Below, in pieces: positions 1 through 9,429 of a DNA stretch of 64,000 bases. The position numbers and the translations under genes are program-made. Every line of letters starts with the position of its first letter. Position 1 is the stretch's first letter. This stretch comes from a virus. A model generated the notes under the pieces. That model did no database searches. It saw only the letters and a list, made by a program, of their open reading frames with translations, and was not told the origin of the DNA. The stretch is taken from the IMG/VR virus record IMGVR_UViG_3300047440_000580, positions 2,332 to 66,331 of that record. One strand, written 5' to 3'.

Positions 1-1
1 C

Positions 2-121
2 GTACGTTTCATCGTCCCCGTCCTGTGCCAGACGGACGAGCGCTTCCTCGTACTTCTTGCGGGTCGAGAACCTGAACTCCGGTGTCTTTTGGTCCTGGTC
101 TTCCATCTCTAGAGCTTGCAT
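2..121 (-). CDS. hypothetical protein, partial (runs off left edge)
   Basis: ATG at 121 with GAGG RBS, directly downstream of 127..1533; open to window edge (MQALEMEDQDQKTPEFRF...). Confidence 0.55.
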   Translation of the reverse strand, partial: MQALEMEDQDQKTPEFRFSTRKKYEEALVRLAQDGDDETY

Positions 122-126
122 TGTCC

Positions 127-1533
127 TCACGTTATCCTGAACTTGAATCCCCGGTCGATGATCTGCTTCCGACCGTCTTGATCAAATAGGAAGACAACGC
201 GATAGACCTGCCCCGGTGCGAGGCAACTCATGAAGAACGAGAAGTAGTTTCCGTTCCCATCGTAGCTGAGACGGGTCCAGTCGGTCCCGCCCTGGTACGA
301 TCCCGTGCCGAAAGGCACGACCTGCTCCTTCGTCCGATCGTTGTCGATCCTGTAGTAGCCGCGGTTGATGATGGTCCCCACCGGCGAGACCGACCCGGTA
401 TTCACGACGGCCGGGTTGTAGTCGAACGGACGGACGAAGACCCGCAGCTCGGGATCTTCATCGACCGAGTACTCATTCTTGAGGTTCGGCATGTCCACTT
501 CGAACCGGCCCGTAGACAACGTGGGCTGGGCGAAGTTGTCTGTCGGCATGAAGTTGCCGGTCATGTAGGCCCGGTTGCCGAGGAACCAGATGTCCGAGAA
601 CACCGATCCCGAGTAGGAGCCGGTCGGCAGCAACATGCTGCAGCTGTAGATTCCAGGCTGACCGGTCCAGCTTGCGGAAGCGACCAACAACGTCCCGCTC
701 AGATCCTCGATGCGGACGGTCAGGCAGTCCGGACCGGACGTGATCCCCGGGATGTTGACCGGCTGGCCGCGCACCTCGTTGTAGAGGTAGAGCGTGCCGG
801 AGTTGTCGAACACGAAGTTCGAACGGTCGTCCCTGATGGAGTCGTCCCAACGCGCCTCGAGGTACGGGCGACGGTCCAGGAAGTTGGTGGACCGACCGTG
901 GAACTTCTTGACGAAGTAGTCAAACGGGTCTACCTCCTGCGAGGATGACACACGAAGCAGGAACCCGTTGTTCCCATTGGTCGGATTGAGCGGAAGCGGG
1001 TTGATGCCCAACCAGCGTTCTACCTGGGTGGAGACATCCGCATCGACGTTCTCCGGTCCTTGGTCGACGTGGAAGGTGTCGATCAGTCCGGTCTCCACGT
1101 CGCCGCCGGGAGTGGTCCAGTAGGTGGTCTTCTTGGCCTGCACCCAGTTCGCCTGTCCGAGGTCGAGGAAAGTCTCCTCGTCGAAGCCCGGACCCTCGTC
1201 CCAGGCGGTCGTCACCGAGAGAATCTCGATGTCGTAGCTGGAAGGCAGGGTCTCGGCGTGGCGAGCATCCTTCAGATTCAGCCGCCACATCGGGTGTTCC
1301 GGAGCCTGCAACGATGCGGTCAGGTCCTGGAAGGCTCCCAGGTCGAACTGCATCAGGATGTGACCGAGACTCGAGCTCCCGTTCCATCCGAGAGCGCCGG
1401 AGACTCCAGCCTTCTTGAAGAGGTCGAGGATCTCGCTGGCGCCGAAGTTGGAGCCGGTGACCGGGACAGTCGGGAACTGGCGGACCAGGTTGGTGATCCA
1501 CGTGTCCTTCTGTGGGAAGATTCTGAAGATCAT
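127..1533 (-). CDS. putative virion structural protein next to baseplate wedge
   Basis: Start reassigned to MIFRIFPQKDTWITN (TAATG overlap with upstream stop); beta-rich; synteny with gp6-like gene. Confidence 0.6.
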   Translation of the reverse strand: MIFRIFPQKDTWITNLVRQFPTVPVTGSNFGASEILDLFKKAGVSGALGWNGSSSLGHILMQFDLGAFQDLTASLQAPEHPMWRLNLKDARHAETLPSSYDIEILSVTTAWDEGPGFDEETFLDLGQANWVQAKKTTYWTTPGGDVETGLIDTFHVDQGPENVDADVSTQVERWLGINPLPLNPTNGNNGFLLRVSSSQEVDPFDYFVKKFHGRSTNFLDRRPYLEARWDDSIRDDRSNFVFDNSGTLYLYNEVRGQPVNIPGITSGPDCLTVRIEDLSGTLLVASASWTGQPGIYSCSMLLPTGSYSGSVFSDIWFLGNRAYMTGNFMPTDNFAQPTLSTGRFEVDMPNLKNEYSVDEDPELRVFVRPFDYNPAVVNTGSVSPVGTIINRGYYRIDNDRTKEQVVPFGTGSYQGGTDWTRLSYDGNGNYFSFFMSCLAPGQVYRVVFLFDQDGRKQIIDRGFKFRIT

Positions 1534-3401
1534 TACTGCGACACTCCCTGGATGTCCACCATCGGGTACTTCACCTCGAAGATCGAGTCCTGCGGGCAGT
1601 AGATGATCTCGTTCTGACGCTGGTGAGAGACGTCGAACCTCGTGGTGGAGTAGGGCAGGGTGATCTGACTGCCCGGCAGCGGAGCGTTTCCGATCACGTT
1701 GGTGAAGGTCAGCTCGTACACCGAGATGACTCCCTGGACCGCCTGCAGGTTGGCCGACAGCTCGGAGACCACGATGGGGTGACCGATCTGCTGCGAGTCG
1801 ATGTCGAAGTAGTCCTGCACCACCGCGAGGCACTTGGCCAGCACCTCGGTCCGGTTCACCTTCGGGGAGACGGTCACGCCGAACTTCACCCGCAGGTTGA
1901 TGATCTTGGCGTCCAGGATGTTGATCCCGTCCGTGATCATCCGATACGGAGTCAGGTAGGTAGCGATGTTCGCCTTCAGGTTGGCGGACGCCAGCTGCAG
2001 GTGGTTGTCCGCGTCACGCGCCAGGACGTGAACGTCGATGGCGAGCGGGTTGATGCTGTCCCGGCGGACGTACACCTTGTCCGGCTTGCCGAACTTGGCC
2101 GGCAGGGTCAGGATGCGGGCGATATAGTCTTCCCTGGTGACGACGCGGTTCTGCGCCGCGAAGAAGGCGGCCGAGTTCGCCTTGACCTCTCCGATGGTCT
2201 CCTCCGGAGATCCACCGTCCGTCTTCTGGACGTTGATGCACTCCAGCGACTGGACCACGGCGCCCTTCTTGGTGGCGTCCAACGAGGTGGTCGAGAAGTC
2301 CAGCTCGGCGTTCGTGACCGTCTTGATGCTGCCGGCGATCACGTTCGTCTGCGGTCCGCCACCCACTCTATAGGAGACGGTGAGCGTCGTGTTGTACGGG
2401 CTGAGTCCCAGAGTCTGGGTCTTCAGGAAGTTCTGCGGGTCGATCGCGAAGGAGGCGAAGGTCCGACGACCGGCCAGCGGTAGGGCGTAGTCGGCCAGGT
2501 TCGGGATGAGCTCGTCGTCGAAGTTGACGCCGTCACCCGAGCCGAAGATCAGGGAGGTGGTGCTGTCCGTCGGGTCTCGGTCGGTGACGTACCGACGGGG
2601 GACGGTAACCAGCTTGAGCAGGTAGGGCACGTCCGTGTTGTCGGTCAGGTCCGAGTTCACGTCGGCGTCGAACACCGCTTCCTGGGCCAGGTAGTCCACC
2701 TCGGTCCAGGGGTTCCCCTCGGAGTCATAGACAGAGAGGACCTCGATCACGTCCGGGTTGCTGAGCTTGATCTGGAGGAACTGCTCGAAGTTGGTGATCT
2801 TGAAGGTCTCGACGATCGTCTGACCGGCCGTGATCTCCATGTCCTTGCGGATGGCGTAGTGGGTCGGGAGTCCGGTCGCCGAGTCGAACTGGGAGCCGGT
2901 AACGAGACGGGGGTAGTCCGGGCTGGAGGCGCTGAAGACCACATCGTCCAGCGTCTCGAAGATGGTGTTGCTCGGTCCCTGGACCTGGGCACCGGCTCGG
3001 AGGATCGGGGCGAACGAGTCATCCGGGATGGACTGGCCGTTGACGGTGATGGCCGGGACCTCGACGAAGAACGTCTCCTTGCCTCGAGCGGCGCGCTTTC
3101 CCTGCGGACGGTAGCCGAGGGACTTGGCGAACGACACGACGTTCTCGATCTGCTGGGCCGACTCCTGCTTCACTTCCTCGAACTGCATGTCCTGGTAGAG
3201 CGAGAGGATGTCCCCGATGAACGCCTGGAGTTCCAGGATCGCCATACCGGGCGATGACTCGTTGTAGTCCTGGAAGACGCCCGAGTGGTGCGCCTGCGAG
3301 AACTGCATGAGGTCGCGCTTGAACCCCTGGAAGTCCTTGTTCAGGTACTTGACAGTCTGGTCCTTGGTGAAGGCGGTCTTGTTCTGCTTCGGTGCCGGCA
3401 T
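1533..3401 (-). CDS. baseplate wedge subunit (T4 gp6-like)
   Basis: YLNKDFQGFKRDL...SSPGMAILEL...IGDILSLYQD N-terminus; GG.PEET...FAAQNRVVTREDY motif. Confidence 0.9.
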   Translation of the reverse strand: MPAPKQNKTAFTKDQTVKYLNKDFQGFKRDLMQFSQAHHSGVFQDYNESSPGMAILELQAFIGDILSLYQDMQFEEVKQESAQQIENVVSFAKSLGYRPQGKRAARGKETFFVEVPAITVNGQSIPDDSFAPILRAGAQVQGPSNTIFETLDDVVFSASSPDYPRLVTGSQFDSATGLPTHYAIRKDMEITAGQTIVETFKITNFEQFLQIKLSNPDVIEVLSVYDSEGNPWTEVDYLAQEAVFDADVNSDLTDNTDVPYLLKLVTVPRRYVTDRDPTDSTTSLIFGSGDGVNFDDELIPNLADYALPLAGRRTFASFAIDPQNFLKTQTLGLSPYNTTLTVSYRVGGGPQTNVIAGSIKTVTNAELDFSTTSLDATKKGAVVQSLECINVQKTDGGSPEETIGEVKANSAAFFAAQNRVVTREDYIARILTLPAKFGKPDKVYVRRDSINPLAIDVHVLARDADNHLQLASANLKANIATYLTPYRMITDGINILDAKIINLRVKFGVTVSPKVNRTEVLAKCLAVVQDYFDIDSQQIGHPIVVSELSANLQAVQGVISVYELTFTNVIGNAPLPGSQITLPYSTTRFDVSHQRQNEIIYCPQDSIFEVKYPMVDIQGVSQ

Positions 3402-3406
3402 CTACT

Positions 3407-3814
3407 TTACCCTCCCCCGGGGCCGGGGACGACTTGGAACAGAGACGCCACGTTGGTCGGCTTGCTGACCAGGAAGAACTTCATGGCGACCCCCACCCCG
3501 TTGGCTGGGACTCTCGAATCATCCTCGTGGAACGTGATCACCAGGTCCTGGAGCCTGACGAAAGGAAGCCACTTCTGGAGCTGGTCCACCACCCGGTCGG
3601 ACATCTTCTGACGGAGCACGTCGTTCTTCAAGGGCTCGAAGAGGAACTCCACGAAGTTGCAGCCGAGGTGGAAATGCATGGGCCTATCGCCCCAGTTCGT
3701 GACCAGGAGCGACTTGATGTTCTGCTTGGCCGCTTCTACCTCGTCGTCCGTGAAGGCGAGAACGCCCAGCGAACCGGTAGACTGCGTGAAGGGAACTGTC
3801 AATCCAATAGGCAT
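3407..3814 (-). CDS. baseplate protein, GPW/gp25 family
   Basis: MPIGLTVPF...KQNIKSLLVTNWGDRPM..LGCNFVEFLFE. Confidence 0.85.
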   Translation of the reverse strand: MPIGLTVPFTQSTGSLGVLAFTDDEVEAAKQNIKSLLVTNWGDRPMHFHLGCNFVEFLFEPLKNDVLRQKMSDRVVDQLQKWLPFVRLQDLVITFHEDDSRVPANGVGVAMKFFLVSKPTNVASLFQVVPGPGGG

Positions 3815-3821
3815 CTTAGTC

Positions 3822-4340
3822 TTAAGCCGGTACACCCGTTGCCAGCGGCAGCGTCGTCGGAGTTGGCGACGGTGGGACTGGCACCAGAATGTAGATCAGC
3901 TGGTTTGTAGCTTTAAATAGAACGCCCGCAATCTTATCTGCCACATCGTCCAAAGAAGGTTCCTGTCCCTTCTTCGCGAAGTCCAGCATGATCTGGGCCA
4001 TGTCGGCTGGTATCGTGGCTCCAGCGGTGGCGGAGGTGGGACCCATGAGCCCCGAGGTGGTGGCCGGGACGGTGACCGTAGAACCTGTCCAGTAGGAAAT
4101 GAAGCCCGGTCCCCACCCCGCGAACATCGGAGCGGAGAGAGCGGACTTCAGAGCGGACTTCTGGACGACTGGGCTGAAGGCCTTGAGGGGAAGCATTGCC
4201 CAATCGTCGTAGGCAGTTGCCAGGGCGTCGCAGGACTCGTCGTTCGGAACGGGAGCCGTCGAGCTCTTGTCCTTGGAATCCTTGAGCTTTTGGAGGGCAT
4301 CCTTGATCTTGGACTTGAGATCTGCCTGTACGTACGGCAT
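3822..4340 (-). CDS. hypothetical (probable structural) protein
   Basis: 172 aa ORF in coupled baseplate operon. Confidence 0.6.
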   Translation of the reverse strand: MPYVQADLKSKIKDALQKLKDSKDKSSTAPVPNDESCDALATAYDDWAMLPLKAFSPVVQKSALKSALSAPMFAGWGPGFISYWTGSTVTVPATTSGLMGPTSATAGATIPADMAQIMLDFAKKGQEPSLDDVADKIAGVLFKATNQLIYILVPVPPSPTPTTLPLATGVPA

Positions 4341-5110
4341 TAGGGAATCACGATCTCTGGCTTGTTGGAAGCTCCCGTCGAGGCAAGTTGGTCCTTCTGG
4401 GGCTTCAGTGGCTCGAGCGGAGGACCAGAAGGACCGACGCCGGTCGGATGCTTGTGGTTGTCGAACTTGTCGAGGAAAGCCTCGGCCTGAAGGATGTGGT
4501 TGGCGGCGCCCTCGGACAGCTCGATCTTGCCAGACTTGTCCACGTCGATGGTGACCTTCTTCCCGCCGCCGTCGATGACGACCTTGGCGGCAGAGCCGAT
4601 CTTCATCGTGGTCTTGTCCTTCTCGACCTTGATGTAGTTCTTTCCGTCCGCGATGCTGATGATGGCCGAGTCCTTGTCGACGAACACGAAGTTCGTGCTG
4701 TCCTCGATCACGATCATGGCGTTCTTGCGGAACATGACCCGGACGTTGTCGGACTTCATGACGCCAGCCGGGACGTCGTTGTCCTTGGGGACCTTGGCGT
4801 CGCCCTTGGTGGAGATGTTCAGGTTGTCGTCGAGCTTGGTCTTCATGGCCAAGTACAGGAACGACATGTCCTTGGAGAAGTCCGGATCCCCGTTCTTGTC
4901 CTTGCGACCGGCGACCAGGTGGGCCACTCCGGTGCCCTTCCCCTTTCCGCCATCGTCGACGGTTCCAAGCCCGTCGTCGACCGTGGCCGGACCGTTCTTG
5001 GCACGATCGCGACCGAGGATCAGTGAACTGTTGTTGGAACCGTGGACGGCGTAGTCACCGACACGGACCTGAAACGGAGGGACGTCCTCCTCGACCATGT
5101 CGTAGGACAT
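4340..5110 (-). CDS. baseplate central spike C-terminal part (gp5/gpV-like)
   Basis: beta-repeat region followed by NHKHPTGVGPSGPP (HxH metal-binding tip motif). Confidence 0.7.
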   Translation of the reverse strand: MSYDMVEEDVPPFQVRVGDYAVHGSNNSSLILGRDRAKNGPATVDDGLGTVDDGGKGKGTGVAHLVAGRKDKNGDPDFSKDMSFLYLAMKTKLDDNLNISTKGDAKVPKDNDVPAGVMKSDNVRVMFRKNAMIVIEDSTNFVFVDKDSAIISIADGKNYIKVEKDKTTMKIGSAAKVVIDGGGKKVTIDVDKSGKIELSEGAANHILQAEAFLDKFDNHKHPTGVGPSGPPLEPLKPQKDQLASTGASNKPEIVIP

Positions 5111-5760
5111 TAGCCCCCGCCCTTGGTGTCATCGAACTTGTCGGCGAGGCGACCGTCCTTGATCCCGGACATACTGGCCTCGAGCTCGGTGTTGTACTTC
5201 GGACCGTCTCCGCTGCCTGCTCCCGCCGTGTCGTCGAACTTGGAGGCCAGTGTGTCATCGTCGTCCGTCTTGTAGGTGGACTGGCCGGACTTGAAGTTGA
5301 CACCCTCGTGCCCCGGCATCTTGCCCACCCACAGGCCGTGTGTCATGTCACGGTCCTCAAACAGGACGTACACATGCTCACCGGGCTTGATGGGGACGCT
5401 GACGTGTTCCGGGAAAAAGGGCCAGAACACTCGGAGGTTCTGATCTGAGAAGAACTGGTCTCGACCGCCTGTCAGCAGCCTGGCCTTGATGGAGTTCTTG
5501 GGATTGAGCGGGCCGACCTGTGCCTTGACGTCGACCGACTGACCGTTGGGAAGGACGTGCTTGACCTTGTCGTTGTTGCCTGGCTGCGGACTCTCGAGCT
5601 TGCCGCCTACCACATCGACGGCAACGACGAGCGCACGATACAGGACCGGTGCGGCCTCGCCGTGTTCCACCAGCTCGCCACGCATGTACTTCTGCAGGAG
5701 CTCTGCGAGAAATACTTCCGGGCGCCGGTAGTAGTCATTATACTGTGGTTGACGTGGCAT
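5110..5760 (-). CDS. putative spike N-terminal OB-fold-like protein (gp5 N-terminus-like)
   Basis: VFWPFFP..VSVPIKPGEHVYVLFED motif; translationally coupled to 4340..5110. Confidence 0.55.
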   Translation of the reverse strand: MPRQPQYNDYYRRPEVFLAELLQKYMRGELVEHGEAAPVLYRALVVAVDVVGGKLESPQPGNNDKVKHVLPNGQSVDVKAQVGPLNPKNSIKARLLTGGRDQFFSDQNLRVFWPFFPEHVSVPIKPGEHVYVLFEDRDMTHGLWVGKMPGHEGVNFKSGQSTYKTDDDDTLASKFDDTAGAGSGDGPKYNTELEASMSGIKDGRLADKFDDTKGGG

Positions 5761-5947
5761 CCTTTCCGGGATCGAGATCGATCCCCCTCTTCTTCATTTC
5801 CTCGACGACCGTCGCAGCCTCGAAGCGATCGTCCGAGATCTTCTTGAGCATGGGCGCGACGTACTTGAGATTGTAGTCCAGGCGCTTCAGGAGCGCGTCC
5901 AGGCGCACCCTCAGTTCGTCGTCACTTGTCTTGCTGAAATCCGCCAT
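5738..5947 (-). CDS. hypothetical coiled-coil protein
   Basis: 69 aa ORF, coupled. Confidence 0.6.
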   Translation of the reverse strand: MADFSKTSDDELRVRLDALLKRLDYNLKYVAPMLKKISDDRFEAATVVEEMKKRGIDLDPGKDATSTTV

Positions 5948-6279
5948 CAGTTGCTCCCGTCGTCTTCCGCTTCCTCTCCTTCGATCTCATCGAACATGGT
6001 GTCCGCCTCGTCCTCGTCGAAGCCCTCACCCTTTCCCTTGGTGACGGACTCCTTCTTGGCACGTAGCTTCGCCAGCTCGATGAGCAGGGAGTTGTTCTTG
6101 GTGAGTTCGCCCGTGAGCCGGGCGAAGGATTCTGCGAGGGCGATCTTGGCGAGTGGGTCGACGTCTTCGCCGACAGAGATGGCCTTGTTCAGGAGTTCGG
6201 TGAACTCCTTGATCTTGGCACGATCCTCCCCTAGGTTGCCGTGCGCCTCGTCGATGAGATCTTCGGATTGCTTTGACAC
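5947..6279 (-). CDS. hypothetical helical protein with acidic tail
   Basis: 110 aa ORF, coupled. Confidence 0.6.
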   Translation of the reverse strand: MSKQSEDLIDEAHGNLGEDRAKIKEFTELLNKAISVGEDVDPLAKIALAESFARLTGELTKNNSLLIELAKLRAKKESVTKGKGEGFDEDEADTMFDEIEGEEAEDDGSN

Positions 6280-6956
6280 TCTTCACTTTCTCCGGTAGAC
6301 AAGTACCTGTCCTTCCACTCGTTGAACAGGCCCTTGATCTTCTTCAGGTTCACCACGACCTGCTTGGTGTTCAGCCCGGTCATCTCCCGGAGGTACAGGT
6401 AGACGGCCTTCTTGTTGTAAATAGTGACTAGATCTGAGTTTCGCATGAGGAAGATGACTGCTTCGAGAACCTGGGTCTCGGTCTTCTTCGTAAGCTTCTT
6501 CCTCCAGGACTCCAACTCCTTGTAGAAGGCGACCCAGAACTCACGTTCCTCGACCTTGTCCTCGTGGGGAGAGAGAGTGAAGTTGGGGTCGGAGCGGACC
6601 ATCTCGTGGTCGAGATCATAGTACAGGTCCGACTCGAGCCGGTTGCGCTTGTTCTTCTCACGGGTCTTCTGGATGAACCAGTTCTTCGCGATGACGTTGA
6701 AGTACGAGAATCCCTTGGTCCCCTTGTTCGGATCGAACTTCGGGATCATCTCGTACAGGTTCGCCAGGCAGTCCTTCTTCAAGGTCTCGACGTCGTCGAT
6801 GCTGAAGAAGCCGTACACGTAGATCAGGTTCTCCACCAGCTTCTCGAAAGCCGGGCGGATGTGTACGTCGAAGACCTCGTGCTTCTCCTCGACCACCGTC
6901 GAATTGATGAACTTCGCGAGGTACTCGTCCGTCTGCTTCGTGAAATACTGGGCCAT
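6231..6956 (-). CDS. phage sigma factor (T4 gp55/sigma70 region 2-like)
   Basis: YFT...LVENLIYVYGF...DCLANLYEMIPKFDPNKGTKGFSYFNVIAKNWF. Confidence 0.75.
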   Translation of the reverse strand: MAQYFTKQTDEYLAKFINSTVVEEKHEVFDVHIRPAFEKLVENLIYVYGFFSIDDVETLKKDCLANLYEMIPKFDPNKGTKGFSYFNVIAKNWFIQKTREKNKRNRLESDLYYDLDHEMVRSDPNFTLSPHEDKVEEREFWVAFYKELESWRKKLTKKTETQVLEAVIFLMRNSDLVTIYNKKAVYLYLREMTGLNTKQVVVNLKKIKGLFNEWKDRYLSTGESEECQSNPKISSTRRTAT

Positions 6957-6967
6957 CGTGGACCTTT

Positions 6968-7297
6968 CTAGCCTACCGCTACGGGTGGCTTCGGAACCGT
7001 GAGCTTTCGGACCTTCGTCCCTGTAAGTTCTTCGAAGCGACTGAGGTACTCGTCGAGCCGTGCCGACATGGTCGCCATGTTCTTGTTGGCGTCCATGATC
7101 TCTGGCGCGTTGGACAGCACCGGAGTGTTGGTCAGCTCATCGAAGTACCTGACGTTGGTCTCCACGTCGTCGACCAGGTAGTTCACCAGATCGTCGAACT
7201 GGAGGAGCTTCTGGCTCGCTCGGACCAGAAGCCAGGACGCGACGGCACCGTATGCAACCGCGAGTCCCAACAGGATTCCCAAAACTACACCGATCAT
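6968..7297 (-). CDS. membrane-anchored hypothetical protein
   Basis: Start reassigned to MIGVVLGILLGLAVAYG (TM helix); ATGA overlap with upstream gene. Confidence 0.65.
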   Translation of the reverse strand: MIGVVLGILLGLAVAYGAVASWLLVRASQKLLQFDDLVNYLVDDVETNVRYFDELTNTPVLSNAPEIMDANKNMATMSARLDEYLSRFEELTGTKVRKLTVPKPPVAVG

Positions 7298-7485
7298 CTG
7301 CCTCTTCCTTTCGAGTACCCGTCCTTGGCCCACCCGCCGCCCTGGAGGGCGAAGGAGGTGGACTGGATCACACGGTACATGTTCTCCCCGCATGAAGGAC
7401 AAGGGTACCCCGGCTTGTCCTTGATGGACTGGACGACCTCCATCGTCTGTTGACAGGGGTCACAGCCGTAGATGTACGTGGGCAT
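7294..7485 (-). CDS. FmdB-family zinc-ribbon protein
   Basis: MPTYIYGCDPC...CPSCG...FALQGGGWAKDGY. Confidence 0.85.
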   Translation of the reverse strand: MPTYIYGCDPCQQTMEVVQSIKDKPGYPCPSCGENMYRVIQSTSFALQGGGWAKDGYSKGRGR

Positions 7486-7670
7486 CAGTAGAGGTCCGGG
7501 TCGGAGTCCCTACGATCCACGTACGCCTGGGTCAGCTCGATCGTGCCGTCCGACGGATCGTCGAGCTCGATGTCCCGAAGCTGCTGGGAGATGTCGATCC
7601 CCTGCGTCAGTCCCCGCTGGACGATCGCCACGATCTCCACCAGGACCGTCTTTCCAAGTTTCAGCGCCAT
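7485..7670 (-). CDS. hypothetical protein
   Basis: 61 aa; AGGAGG RBS and extended -10 promoter upstream. Confidence 0.7.
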   Translation of the reverse strand: MALKLGKTVLVEIVAIVQRGLTQGIDISQQLRDIELDDPSDGTIELTQAYVDRRDSDPDLY

Positions 7671-7690
7671 GTACTCCTCCTTACAGTTCC

Positions 7691-7702
7691 ATTATATCAC
7701 AG
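7691..7702 (-). promoter_or_regulatory. extended -10 early-type promoter
   Basis: CTGTGATATAAT on minus strand. Confidence 0.7.
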
Positions 7703-8623
7703 GTAGGCGACAGATGTACCAAACTTTTGGACCACCTGCGCTGCTGCCGAGTTCGCAAACTTCACTGCCGATCGGACGTCCCGAGTCTTCAGCGCACAGA
7801 AGGCCATGGCGGCCGTGTGGGTGTCCCCACAGCCGGTCACATCCTTGACCATCGCTTGAATCACTGGGAACTCCTCGGAGTGATTCACGTAGGAATCCCC
7901 GATGATCCTACCAGGGGCCAGGTCCGCCTTCACCGTCTTGGCGTGGTCACACATGATGAGGGTCGCACCCTCACTACCGCGGGTGACCACCACGTACTGG
8001 AAGAACTCGGTGAAGTTGGTGTAGAGCTTGCTGGAGACCTGGGAGGAGTACTCCTTCTCGTTCACCTTCAGGATGTTGATCCCGTCGAAGATCCGGAGGT
8101 CCTCTCGCTTGGAGTCCACGATCGTCATGGGCGCCAGCTTCCTGAAAACCTCCATGACCTTCGGGGTGATGGTCCCCTTGTCGTAGTCGGAGAAGATGAC
8201 GCAGTCGAAGCTCTGCTCCCAGTAGTCCATCATCATCTCGAAGAACTCTACCTCGGGCTGGTCGAACTTCCTGAAGTTGTCGAGACGCATGACGAAGTTG
8301 TTGTTCTCGTCCACGAACCGACGCTTGACCATCGTCTCATGCCCAAGCATCCGGTCGTGCTTGATCCCAAGCTCGCGCAGACGATGGATGACCACCAACG
8401 ATCCGCAGATGCCGGCGAGGTGCACTTCCACTTCCGCTCCTCCGAGCGCCTTCAGGTTGTGAGCCACGTTGGCCGCCCCACCGAGACGGTACTCCTGGCG
8501 CAGCTCATCCCAGACGGGGATCTTGGCCTCCTCGGCCTGTCGCACCGTCTTGACGTACGTGTACTGGTCGAGCATGATGTCCCCGACCACGAGAACCTTG
8601 TAGACCTTGTCAGGAGATTCCAC
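7697..8623 (-). CDS. HldE/RfaE-type heptose kinase (PfkB family), copy 1
   Basis: VLVVGDIMLDQY, LGGAANVAHNL, FSDYDKGTIT, DVTGCGDT. Confidence 0.85.
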   Translation of the reverse strand: MESPDKVYKVLVVGDIMLDQYTYVKTVRQAEEAKIPVWDELRQEYRLGGAANVAHNLKALGGAEVEVHLAGICGSLVVIHRLRELGIKHDRMLGHETMVKRRFVDENNNFVMRLDNFRKFDQPEVEFFEMMMDYWEQSFDCVIFSDYDKGTITPKVMEVFRKLAPMTIVDSKREDLRIFDGINILKVNEKEYSSQVSSKLYTNFTEFFQYVVVTRGSEGATLIMCDHAKTVKADLAPGRIIGDSYVNHSEEFPVIQAMVKDVTGCGDTHTAAMAFCALKTRDVRSAVKFANSAAAQVVQKFGTSVAYL

Positions 8624-9101
8624 GGATCTTCTCCACGATGTTGGAGGTCGAGTTGCCGTCCAGGAACGGACAGGTCACGACCAGGGCGAGATCAGAGCCT
8701 ACCACCGTCTTGGGATCATAGTCTCCACCCTTGACGATCACATGCGGCTGCAGCGCTCTGATGAGCTCGTAGGGTGTGTCTTCCTCGAACGTAATGACGT
8801 GGTCGACCATCCTGAGATGGATGAGCAGGAGGGCGCGGGTGTGCTCATCCTGGATCGGGCGGTCCTGTCCCTTCAGGCGCTTGATCCCCTCGTCGGAGTT
8901 CAGACCTACCACCACGGTTCCCCGGGCTCCCGCCACGCTCCTGGCGTAGTTCAGGACGTCGAGGTGCCCACGGTGGAGGAGGTCGAAGCAGCCGTTGGTG
9001 AAGACGATTCGATCGTACCCCGTCTCGGGAAACAGGTACAGCCCGGCCTCCCTGATGGACCGGGCGAACCGTTCGTATGTCTCAGACGCCTGCGAATTCA
9101 T
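8610..9101 (-). CDS. HldE domain II-type sugar-1-phosphate nucleotidyltransferase
   Basis: VFTNGCFDLLHRGH, VGLNSDEGIKRLKGQDRPI, VKGGDY. Confidence 0.9.
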   Translation of the reverse strand: MNSQASETYERFARSIREAGLYLFPETGYDRIVFTNGCFDLLHRGHLDVLNYARSVAGARGTVVVGLNSDEGIKRLKGQDRPIQDEHTRALLLIHLRMVDHVITFEEDTPYELIRALQPHVIVKGGDYDPKTVVGSDLALVVTCPFLDGNSTSNIVEKIRGIS

Positions 9102-9429
9102 CCGGCCTCAGACTCCTGTCGTCGACGTACCTGTCACCCGGGGGCTTCCCGAAGATCAGCTCGTGGAACCACACTCCGTTGTCGATCAGCCAGTCCCGAG
9201 TCTTTTCTTCGTAGAGCTCGATGATCTTCTTCACGTCACCGTTGTGGGTTCGCATTCCACGAGCCGTGTGAATGGTGACGTGCCACCCCTCGTCATAGCA
9301 GCGGTTGACCCGGGCGATGACGTCCTTCTTCGGCTGGGCGGTCCAATAGGCGTCACCCCCTGCGGTCTGTTCGCAGAGGGTGCCGTCGAGGTCCATCACC
9401 AGACGTCGGTCGTGAAAGGGATCATTCAT
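9082..9429 (-). CDS. HAD-family (capsule biosynthesis-type) phosphatase
   Basis: MDLDGTLC, IHTARGM, FGKPPGDRYVDDRS. Confidence 0.8.
   Translation of the reverse strand: MNDPFHDRRLVMDLDGTLCEQTAGGDAYWTAQPKKDVIARVNRCYDEGWHVTIHTARGMRTHNGDVKKIIELYEEKTRDWLIDNGVWFHELIFGKPPGDRYVDDRSLRPDEFAGV

Noticed and set aside
127-1833. ORF-track starts that extend far upstream (e.g. 1833, 7402, 14015, 15207, 26079, 42959, 63672)
   Set aside because: The extensions overlap upstream genes out of frame; stop-start coupling, RBS or promoter spacing support the shorter starts reported.
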